Origin: a virus
Direction: 5' to 3' (one strand)
Virus record (IMG/VR): IMGVR_UViG_3300042402_003259
Span: 18,640 to 82,639 of that record
Length of the DNA: 64,000 nt
The translations under genes were made by a program, and so were the position numbers. The notes under the pieces are model-generated. The model ran no database searches, was not told where the DNA came from, and was given only the letters and a program-made list of their open reading frames with translations. Each line of letters starts with the position of its first letter. Position 1 is the stretch's first letter. This document shows, piece by piece, positions 1-7,075 of this stretch.

Positions 1-184
1 TTAGCTTGCCTCGGCGTTGGGTTGTCTCTTGACTAGAAGGTTTCGACTTTTATTAATGTGAGTTTGAAACCTACAAATATCTGACTTCTCACTACCGCAC
101 TAGTGCTGCTTTTCATCAAGAAACGAGCCGTTCACCGAATTTACACCATACTCATACACAATTTCTCATGTATGGACCCTTAAG
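1..184 (-). ncRNA. Group I intron (IC3/Azoarcus-like), 5' part only, in a probable tRNA-Leu
   Basis: Minus strand: P1 hairpin GGACU^CUUAAGGGUCC with U.G wobble at the splice site; P element AAAUUCGGUGAA (131-142); Q element CAACGCCGAGG (9-19); truncated by window start. Confidence 0.85.
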
Positions 185-217
185 AGTCCGCTATGTCTGC
201 CATTTCATCATCGCGCC
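185..217 (-). tRNA. 5' exon (to U33) of intron-containing tRNA, probably tRNA-Leu
   Basis: GGCGCGA-TG-ATG-AAATGGCAGA-CAT-A-GCGGA-CT; D-arm of Leu (type II) style; anticodon lies outside the window. Confidence 0.75.
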
Positions 218-237
218 AAAATTTAAAGAACACGCAC

Positions 238-266
238 AATCTACTAGAGATTGCGGCCCCTGTCAA
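238..266 (-). promoter_or_regulatory. sigma70-like promoter for tRNA unit
   Basis: TTGACA-17 nt-TAGATT on minus strand. Confidence 0.7.
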
Positions 267-277
267 GGGGAAAAATT

Positions 278-352
278 TGGCAGTCCATAAGAGAATCGAA
301 CTCTTGTTAATAGGTTGAAAACCTACTGTCCTAACCACTAGACGAATGGACC
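278..352 (-). tRNA. trnE: tRNA-Glu(UUC)
   Basis: Cloverleaf, anticodon arm GTAGG-TT-TTC-AA-CCTAT, TTCGA T-loop, encoded CCA. Confidence 0.93.
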
Positions 353-356
353 GTTT

Positions 357-432
357 TGGTAGTCCCGGTGGGATTTTCGCCCACAGTCAATCCCTTATAA
401 AGAGAACGCTTTTGATGTTAAGCTACGGGACC
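357..432 (-). tRNA. trnI: tRNA-Ile(UAU), atypical D and T loops
   Basis: Acceptor GGTCCCG/CGGGACT, anticodon loop TT-TAT-AA, encoded CCA; D-loop lacks GG, T-loop GCGAAAA. Confidence 0.75.
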
Positions 433-456
433 ACTAAAAATACGCAATAGCCTCTG

Positions 457-529
457 TGGGCCGTGCTGGACTTGAACCAGCAACCGACGAATTATGAGTT
501 CGCTGCACAAACCATTATGCTAACGGCCC
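457..529 (-). tRNA. tRNA(CAU), probably Ile2 (lysidine type)
   Basis: GCGAA-CT-CAT-AA-TTCGT; T-arm GCTGGTTCAAGTCCAGC as in bacterial Ile2; no encoded CCA. Confidence 0.8.
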
Positions 530-564
530 ATAGAAACTACTACATATTAAATTTTAAAGAACGA

Positions 565-634
565 AAAGAGTAAAGTATAATTCCAATTATGTTTCAGAAT
601 ATATTACCGAATGACAAACATATTCTTACTCTTT
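565..634. ncRNA. Putative small structured RNA in tRNA array
   Basis: AAAGAGTAA/TTACTCTTT closing stem with two internal hairpins; tRNA-sized but not a cloverleaf. Confidence 0.35.
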
Positions 635-646
635 ACTCAAATTAAA

Positions 647-717
647 TAAGCAGCGGGAAACGTATTTCCATCTATCATAAATAACACACATTATAATGAT
701 AGTGACTTCACTGCTTA
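647..717. ncRNA. Putative three-way-junction RNA in tRNA array
   Basis: TAAGCAG/CTGCTTA closing stem, GGAAA-4nt-TTTCC hairpin, CTATCAT/ATGATAG stem; follows the same leader motif as the tRNAs. Confidence 0.45.
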
Positions 718-740
718 AAATTTAAAAGAACTGAAAAAAA

Positions 741-1325
741 TGGTGCAATCGGCGGGGAACGATCCCGCGACTCACAGATTAAACCTACCACTATAGTTTT
801 CACTACCAGTAGAATGTTGTTACATAATTGATTGAATACTAATTACCAATTACTAAACTTCATTGGATACAGATTTCTCCCTACTACTGTTTGTGGTCTG
901 GACTATGCCTTTATCATAATTAGCTGTCAGGGGTTCCTCTCTTGCGAGTTTAGCTTACCCGACGATTCTCATGCCTTTACCGTGCTAATTTTAGATAGGT
1001 GATTATAGTCTCTACACGTTTTTTATTATGAGGCTATAGAATTTATCACAATTAAGTGGCTAGACGGGTAGCCTAGCAATCATGGTAGGTCACTATTGCG
1101 CCTATTTACCCACAATCCTTTCTTCTATTATTTCTCTAGCGTTTGCCTAAAACTTCGCTCGGCGTTGGGGGCATATATTTACATATTGCAGATTCTTTTG
1201 AAATCTGTCATTGCTACCCGTTCACCGAATTTACACCTTACTCATGCACAGTTTCCTATACATGGACCCTTGTTATCTTGCGATAACATCAAGTCTGTTG
1301 CTCTACCAACTGAGCTACGATTGCA
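741..1325 (-). tRNA. trnK: tRNA-Lys(UUU) split by group I intron (exons 1292-1325 and 741-783)
   Basis: Joined exons give TGCAATCGTAGCTCAGTTGGTAGAGCA-ACAGA-CT^TTT-AA-TCTGT-GAGTCGCGGGATCGTTCCCCGCCGATTGCA-CCA. Confidence 0.92.
784..1291 (-). ncRNA. Group I self-splicing intron, 508 nt, no ORF
   Basis: P AAAUUCGGUGAA (1221-1232), Q CAACGCCGAGC (1157-1167), R GUGUAGAGACU (1007-1017), S AAGGCAUAGUCC (900-911), P3 AGGUG/CACCU, IGS GGUC pairing exon GACU, terminal G at 784. Confidence 0.92.
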
Positions 1326-1342
1326 TTTTAAAGAACTTCAAC

Positions 1343-1371
1343 ATCCTACTTTAGTATGTTGCCTTTGTCAA
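1343..1371 (-). promoter_or_regulatory. sigma70-like promoter upstream of tRNA-Lys
   Basis: TTGACA-17-TAGGAT, followed by GTTCTTTAAA boxA-like motif. Confidence 0.65.
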
Positions 1372-1380
1372 GGGGAAACT

Positions 1381-1453
1381 TAGCGGGTATCGGATTCGAA
1401 CCGATGATCTTCACGTTATGAGCGTGACGAGATGACCTCTTCTCCAACCCGCA
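1381..1453 (-). tRNA. tRNA-Met(CAU), initiator-like
   Basis: U1:U72 mismatch and fMet-like D arm and variable loop; anticodon arm TCACG-CT-CAT-AA-CGTGA; no encoded CCA. Confidence 0.85.
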
Positions 1454-1509
1454 AAATTTAAAGAACGCGATCAATTTACCATACTTTCACTGATTGTCAA
1501 GGGGGAAAT

Positions 1510-1584
1510 TGGAGCCTCGCCAGAGACTTCAACTCTGCTCTGAGGTTTACAAAACCCCTGCATCGGCATCTATGCTTGCGAGGC
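1510..1584 (-). tRNA. trnT: tRNA-Thr(UGU)
   Basis: GGGGT-TT-TGT-AA-ACCTC anticodon arm, acceptor GCCTCGC/GCGAGGC, encoded CCA. Confidence 0.85.
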
Positions 1585-1602
1585 ACACTTAAATATTATA
1601 CA

Positions 1603-2532
1603 CTATTTCTTCACACCTTCTAATACTTTACATCCATTTGCAGTAATATATCTAACATTATCAATACTAATAAACCCTTTACGAATAAGATACAATTCAA
1701 AATCCCTTTGAATCGCGGTTCTTGACAAACCAGTTTTTGCAGCGAGCATAGAAAGAGTACAGTTACCTTCTTTACGCAAAATATTTAGTATCTGCCACTC
1801 AATTCTATTCAAACCGTAAGGAAGAATATCAAGAATATAAAACAACTTCTCAGCATCTTCTTTGGTAAATCGCGTGATCTCAAATCGATCAGCATAAAGC
1901 TTGACTTCTTTGGCGCGAAGCACACAAGAACGTGCATTGCCTCGGGAAGTTTCAGATAACATTGATAGAGCTTCTTCATCAAACTCAATATTTGGTAGAG
2001 CTTTTTGAAAGATTTGCCTCAATTCATTTGTATTGTAATCTGCAAATTCAATCGTCGTCAATCGATCACGCAACGGAATAAATAGCTTATCTGATTCAGT
2101 TGTCGCGAATATAAAATGATGCTTCTTGAAATTGAAGATATAATTTGCTTTGCCAGCATTATAATCAATTACATGATCTTTCTCTGTAGAGAGAATAGAT
2201 AGCAATGCGTAAGTAAAGTCTCTTGGCAGACAATGAGCTTCATCAAAGAAACAAATAATTTCTTGATCTTGAATGTGGGGCAGAAAAACTTGTTCGAAAA
2301 ACTGATTCCCCGATTTAATACTAGAGCTATTTAGCTCAAGCAGTGGCTTATTGACTCCGGTGGTGTTATAAATGTTCTTGGCAAATTCGCGAACAAATGC
2401 AGTCTTGCCTAGACCTTTTGCGCCAACGAAATTCAAAAACGGTACAAGTTCAGTCTTAGCATGAGCTTCCAAATAAAATGAAAGCTTGCGTTTGACTTCT
2501 TCTTGACCAACAAGTTCAGCGAAGTAGTTCAT
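1603..2532 (-). CDS. ruvB: Holliday junction branch-migration ATPase RuvB-like
   Basis: VGQEEVK start, Walker A GAKGLGKT, Walker B FFDEAH, ATT..PLRDR, C-terminal winged helix (ELYLIRKGFI). Confidence 0.85.
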   Translation of the reverse strand: MNYFAELVGQEEVKRKLSFYLEAHAKTELVPFLNFVGAKGLGKTAFVREFAKNIYNTTGVNKPLLELNSSSIKSGNQFFEQVFLPHIQDQEIICFFDEAHCLPRDFTYALLSILSTEKDHVIDYNAGKANYIFNFKKHHFIFATTESDKLFIPLRDRLTTIEFADYNTNELRQIFQKALPNIEFDEEALSMLSETSRGNARSCVLRAKEVKLYADRFEITRFTKEDAEKLFYILDILPYGLNRIEWQILNILRKEGNCTLSMLAAKTGLSRTAIQRDFELYLIRKGFISIDNVRYITANGCKVLEGVKK

Positions 2533-2783
2533 TACTGGGTGATAGTGAACTCTGCAACAGGCTCCTCGTCAAGCTGATTCTGAATCTCTTGAGGAAGTGA
2601 ATCGCCATCTTGCGCTGAAGCTACAGGCACGTTCTGGTACTTATTGTACCAAACGCGACCAACAACAACAGTGGCGTTCGCATCGTTGTTAAGCTTCGCG
2701 AGAAGCTCGCCCAACGTGATTTCAACAGTGGAGGTCGCTCCCTTGGGACGACCACGACCAATCTTGGGTGATGGATTTTCCAT
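2532..2783 (-). CDS. Small AT-hook DNA-binding protein
   Basis: GRGRPKG motif; start corrected to ATG 2783, 8 nt after a TAAAGT -10 box with TTGACA at 2814-2819. Confidence 0.65.
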   Translation of the reverse strand: MENPSPKIGRGRPKGATSTVEITLGELLAKLNNDANATVVVGRVWYNKYQNVPVASAQDGDSLPQEIQNQLDEEPVAEFTITQ

Positions 2784-2862
2784 ACGCGACCACTTTATCA
2801 GGTTTTTAGGTGCTGTCAAGGGGCTTCGCAAGATTTTTTGAGAAAAATGAGAGGGTGGGGAC

Positions 2863-2958
2863 GAAAAAAGACCCGATATCAAACACAAGCTTGATGCGCT
2901 TCGGGTCTTACTGTTTTTTAATCAATAGATCAAAGTTTGAACAGTTTATATTTGCGCT
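2863..2958 (-). ncRNA. Putative ~95 nt small RNA ending in a terminator-like hairpin
   Basis: GTGTAA motif at 2967-2972, no ORF, AAGACCCGA/TCGGGTCTT stem followed by U-run. Confidence 0.4.
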
Positions 2959-2975
2959 ACTATATATTACACTAT

Positions 2976-3140
2976 TTATTCTTCTTCACGACAATTATCT
3001 TCTTCATCGTCTGAAAAATTATTATCTATTTCATCAGCATAATCTTCATAGCAGAACACGCAAACAAATTTCTTACCAACTTTTTGGTAATCGTCATTCT
3101 CAGTGTCGATAAATTCGCTACAGTATAAACATTTTTTCAT
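2976..3140 (-). CDS. 54 aa CxxC..CxxC zinc-finger protein with acidic tail
   Basis: Read from sequence: MKKCLYCSEF..FVCVFCYEDY..; below ORF-track cutoff. Confidence 0.6.
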   Translation of the reverse strand: MKKCLYCSEFIDTENDDYQKVGKKFVCVFCYEDYADEIDNNFSDDEEDNCREEE

Positions 3141-3192
3141 ACTTATATTCTAATTGTACATATCATAACAGAAAATGTGAAAAAATAAAATA

Positions 3193-3453
3193 TTATTCTT
3201 CACTATTTTCATCGTATAGATCTGTATACATATCAAAAATAATTACTTTGTCCTCGCATTGTTCTAAATAACCTTCGTCACTTAAAAATTTAATTACATG
3301 ATTGCGACAGGAATCATCTTGAGAATCGCACTCAAATGGATGCTTTAACGTCATTAGTTTTTTATTAAAACAAATGATATTATGATTACGAAACTGTAAT
3401 TTAAAAAGGGGATCGAAGTTTTCTTCGTCCCCTATTAGTTCTTTAAGATTCAT
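3193..3453 (-). CDS. Hypothetical protein
   Basis: ORF in operon, ATGA overlap with upstream gene. Confidence 0.6.
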   Translation of the reverse strand: MNLKELIGDEENFDPLFKLQFRNHNIICFNKKLMTLKHPFECDSQDDSCRNHVIKFLSDEGYLEQCEDKVIIFDMYTDLYDENSEE

Positions 3454-3716
3454 TTCTTTATAAATCTATTATACACAAGTTTACCTAAATTGGCGGCAAA
3501 CTTTCTAGCTTTCTTTTCAGGCAGTTCAAAAAGATGTGCATGAAAGACTTCTTCGATCAATACATTAAGTTGGCGGCGAGTCAATAATGTTGGATCAATT
3601 AAAATTTGAGGATCATCAGTATCAGGAGAATCACACAAACCAGAAGCGTGAAATCTTGTAGGCGGTTTATTATAATTAACTGTGTATTCTACACCCTCAA
3701 AATTCTTGAATTTCAT
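3450..3716 (-). CDS. Zincin-like small protein
   Basis: LNVLIEEVFHAH resembles HExxH metallopeptidase helix (first His replaced). Confidence 0.5.
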   Translation of the reverse strand: MKFKNFEGVEYTVNYNKPPTRFHASGLCDSPDTDDPQILIDPTLLTRRQLNVLIEEVFHAHLFELPEKKARKFAANLGKLVYNRFIKK

Positions 3717-3719
3717 AAT

Positions 3720-4091
3720 TTAATTTTTAGGCCATCCACCTGCCCAATAATTATCTCCATAATGTATGAAGATTTCTTCGCCAGCATTGATCTTTCTTGA
3801 AGCATGAATGTAAATACCCTTTTTAGAAGTTGACCAATGAGCGTTATTATTATCGCTATGATTGTATAAAGATATATAACCTAACGCAATAACATAGTTG
3901 TTTTCCCCTTGAGGAAATGAAAAAACTATCTTTCTCAAATCTTCAGGAGTTTCTTTCCATTGACTTTTCCAACAACTACTAAATGGAGAATGTTCTATAA
4001 TTACTTGAGGAGCTATGTCTATCTTGGTGAATACGCCAAGACCTAGTGGAGTATCTTTAATTTCTAAAAAAGAAGAAATAAAATAATTCAT
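3720..4091 (-). CDS. SET-domain protein-lysine methyltransferase
   Basis: GLGVF, YNHSDNNN, I..GEEIFIHYG motifs. Confidence 0.88.
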   Translation of the reverse strand: MNYFISSFLEIKDTPLGLGVFTKIDIAPQVIIEHSPFSSCWKSQWKETPEDLRKIVFSFPQGENNYVIALGYISLYNHSDNNNAHWSTSKKGIYIHASRKINAGEEIFIHYGDNYWAGGWPKN

Positions 4092-4333
4092 TTTAAAAAT
4101 TCTTTTAACTTTTTCTGATTCTCTGCGTTTAATATTATAAAGTCAGACCAAGGTTTTCCATATCTCAGTATCTGCCAACACCATCTTAATCTCTCTGACC
4201 AACCTAGCGTTCTACCACTCAATCCTCTTTCAAATAAACTTAAGCATACTTCTTCATCATCGAACTTCTCAACAAGAAGCCCATGACTATAACAATCGCA
4301 AATAAGAAACTCAGAGTCTTTTTCTTCTTTCAC
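4088..4333 (-). CDS. Hypothetical protein
   Basis: Operonic ORF. Confidence 0.6.
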   Translation of the reverse strand: MKEEKDSEFLICDCYSHGLLVEKFDDEEVCLSLFERGLSGRTLGWSERLRWCWQILRYGKPWSDFIILNAENQKKLKEFLK

Positions 4334-4941
4334 TTTATCATTAAAAAATTATGTACTCGCCAGACTCTACTAGATAAAAAGCACAAAGCTTTGTATACTT
4401 TATCGCAAATAAATTTAAGAATCTTATTGTATGGATTCAAGAAATACTTATATCGACGAGTTTTTCTAAATTCGTCCCATTCTCGTAATTTATTATGGAA
4501 TTCTATGTCTTTTTTTTTGCGTTCGCCATTTGCGGTGGCTTCGAAAGTAGTTAATTTAATATCTTTTATTTTACCGTCAATAAATACAGCATCATATACA
4601 ATCCAGTAATCATAATCAGTTTTATTCGAACTAAAAAAATCATAAAATTGTACTGTGCAAGTTTTATTTACAGATTCAAGCCATGTCTTTTTAGTTTTTA
4701 TATGTCCTACTTTATCTAAAAAGCCTTTGGCATTTGGATCTCCTTCTACCCATTCTGTTTCGCGGCGTTCAATAAATAATTGACCGTTCTCGTCGATGAT
4801 ATAAATATCTAACGCGCAATCAAAATCTTTAGTTTGAAAGCCGTGCGAGCCAGTATAACCTTTTGGTTCATCTGGCATTGGCAAAAAACATTTGCATTCT
4901 ATACTGTCATACATTCCCATCTTAATTGCCTCCTTTATCAA
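4330..4941 (-). CDS. Conserved phage hypothetical (MGMYD..FQTKD family)
   Basis: MGMYDSIEC, FQTKDFDCAL motifs; true start probably at the MGMYD Met. Confidence 0.65.
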   Translation of the reverse strand: MIKEAIKMGMYDSIECKCFLPMPDEPKGYTGSHGFQTKDFDCALDIYIIDENGQLFIERRETEWVEGDPNAKGFLDKVGHIKTKKTWLESVNKTCTVQFYDFFSSNKTDYDYWIVYDAVFIDGKIKDIKLTTFEATANGERKKKDIEFHNKLREWDEFRKTRRYKYFLNPYNKILKFICDKVYKALCFLSSRVWRVHNFLMIK

Positions 4942-5158
4942 CTTTATAATCCATTATGTCCTCAAAGAATTTGCGAAATGCTAAATAGTCTTGATGATCT
5001 GCGTCATTCATGCCTTTAACATCTACACGATTTAAATAATCGCAAATAACGCCATCATAATAAGATGGAATAATAATATTCTTTCCATCGTATTTTAGAT
5101 CATCGCTTTGAATAACAATCTTCTCGTTAGGATTCTTCATGTATAAATCTTTCTTCAT
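4922..5158 (-). CDS. Hypothetical protein
   Basis: Operonic ORF. Confidence 0.55.
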   Translation of the reverse strand: MKKDLYMKNPNEKIVIQSDDLKYDGKNIIIPSYYDGVICDYLNRVDVKGMNDADHQDYLAFRKFFEDIMDYKVDKGGN

Positions 5159-5195
5159 TACGGTTATGATATTCTAGCCTCAGATATAGTCAAGG

Positions 5196-5588
5196 TTAAT
5201 TTGACAATTTTTCAATATTACCCTCACTATCTGAATAAAAAACTTCTTCGACATTGTAAGACTTAAGCAAACTCAAACAACCGGGACACGGTTTACTGTT
5301 TGCCAATCGTCCTTTTCTATCAACTCTAAGTACGATCATAGAATGATCGTTAAGATCTTCAAGACCTGATTTTAAAATGACATCTAATTCAGCATGAGTG
5401 CCAACATATCCATCGTGATATGGATGTTTAGATATTTCAGGGTGAGTTCTTTTTCTATTCCAACCAATTTTTACTATCTTGTTCTTTTTAACAAGAAAAG
5501 CTACATGAGAATTATTAACATTCTTCCAATTAGTAGGGCATAGAGCGTGAGCAGTTTCAACTGCTCTCTTTAATATTCGCGGCTTCAT
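5196..5588 (-). CDS. Cytidine/deoxycytidylate deaminase-superfamily protein
   Basis: THAE and KPCPGC zinc-binding motifs. Confidence 0.8.
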   Translation of the reverse strand: MKPRILKRAVETAHALCPTNWKNVNNSHVAFLVKKNKIVKIGWNRKRTHPEISKHPYHDGYVGTHAELDVILKSGLEDLNDHSMIVLRVDRKGRLANSKPCPGCLSLLKSYNVEEVFYSDSEGNIEKLSN

Positions 5589-5882
5589 TCATCGCCAAGT
5601 ACGATGCGCTTCAGCAATATATTCGCCAGAAGTATCGGACATTATTTTCCAACCTATATCATTAGGTATTTCAATAATCTTTAAAGTAGTATATAAACCA
5701 TTAGCCTTTTTGCCAAGCTTTTCTACAGCTTCCACAAGTAAAGGATTACATCTATCATTATCAAAAGCATAAGCATTTATTTCTGACTTAGCTTTTACGC
5801 TCTTTATATTTTTTTGAATATACAGTATAGCATCGCGACTTATAGCAAAATTACTATGAGAAGTATTAATTACGACTTGCAT
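5589..5882 (-). CDS. Conserved phage hypothetical
   Basis: R..PLLVEAVEKLGKKANG..LKIIEIP..EYIAEAHRTW pattern common in phages. Confidence 0.65.
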   Translation of the reverse strand: MQVVINTSHSNFAISRDAILYIQKNIKSVKAKSEINAYAFDNDRCNPLLVEAVEKLGKKANGLYTTLKIIEIPNDIGWKIMSDTSGEYIAEAHRTWR

Positions 5883-6186
5883 ACATTGATATCAGTTTTT
5901 CGAGTTCATCACAGACAGTTTTGATATCCGCAGTTATCTGTGCTGGAACAATTCCAGCTTCAGTCATAGTGCGTTCATCTTTTCCCGTGCGCCAATCGTT
6001 GAATGCGCGAAGGCGTTCTATAGCTTTTTCAATCATGATTTGTAGATACGGTAATGACGTTGACAGTTATACCTGCTTTGCCGTCATATTTAGCACCATA
6101 ATGACGCTTAGATTCCAGAAAGTCAAGGAGATCTTTTTGAATTTTTTCAGCGTCTTCACGACTAAAACCTTTTGGAAGATTTAAAG

Positions 6187-6546
6187 TTAAATAAAAATTT
6201 GGTTGATGCATAACTTATAGATTATCCAGATAGTAAATATGTGCCAAACATTGTCAACAACAATTAATGACCAAGGGGCAAACGGAGGTTTGGTAAAATT
6301 TGTTTGCCCAATTTTTTTCATATACCAAGGAATTAGTTGCCATCTGTCTTGTATATAATGTGTTACAAATAGAACAGTAAATACTTTAACGTTCCATATA
6401 TCACCCATTACGCAAACCAACGTCGCCCATATAAAACAATGTAGGGCGCAAATTAAACTCTTCTTTTTCTTATTCTCAGCAATAAAATCGAATTGCAGAA
6501 GATAATCTGCAATAAGATGTCCTATAATTGCTGAAGTTAAGTCCAT
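6187..6546 (-). CDS. DUF3307-like membrane protein
   Basis: GHLIADYLLQ, H..IQD, VDNVWH motifs, TM segments. Confidence 0.75.
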   Translation of the reverse strand: MDLTSAIIGHLIADYLLQFDFIAENKKKKSLICALHCFIWATLVCVMGDIWNVKVFTVLFVTHYIQDRWQLIPWYMKKIGQTNFTKPPFAPWSLIVVDNVWHIFTIWIIYKLCINQIFI

Positions 6547-6736
6547 TACATTCTCTGTTCTAATTCTTCTATACTACCACACTCGTTATAAATATAATCA
6601 AACAACCAATCTTCGGCGTATATTGTTACGTTCAATTCTTTAACAAGATCATCGTAGAGTTTATGTTGTTTTTCTGTCAGATCTCGAATTTCGTCGCGAG
6701 TCTTGATTAAAAGTTCGATTTGTTGAGGTGTGAATT

Positions 6737-7075
6737 TCATTTCCAAATCACTTGAAGTGTAACTATAATACCGCACAGACATAATAATGTCAACGTTTTT
6801 AAACTTAATTTTTCACCAAAATGAAAAGAAGTTAAAAACGTAAATAATATGATGCCTATCGTAAAAGTTAATATTCTATTAGGCCAAATCAAACCATTAA
6901 AATGTTCATTAATTAATTTGATGGCGCGAATAGATATTAGTGTAGTTGGTACGCTAATAAATATTAGATAGTATTCATACTTCTTGAACCATTCAGATAA
7001 GAATTGTCCATGAATCTGATACCATCCAATAACATAAACTAAACTAAGAAGTAATATTGCTAAAAATAATTTCAT
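6737..7075 (-). CDS. Small 4-TM membrane protein (DMT/SMR-like)
   Basis: Four hydrophobic segments, FGEKLS before last helix. Confidence 0.55.
   Translation of the reverse strand: MKLFLAILLLSLVYVIGWYQIHGQFLSEWFKKYEYYLIFISVPTTLISIRAIKLINEHFNGLIWPNRILTFTIGIILFTFLTSFHFGEKLSLKTLTLLCLCGIIVTLQVIWK

Noticed and set aside
1096-1383. 95-aa plus-strand ORF as an intron-encoded homing endonuclease
   Set aside because: It is antisense to the intron, runs across the tRNA exon and has no LAGLIDADG, HNH or GIY-YIG motif
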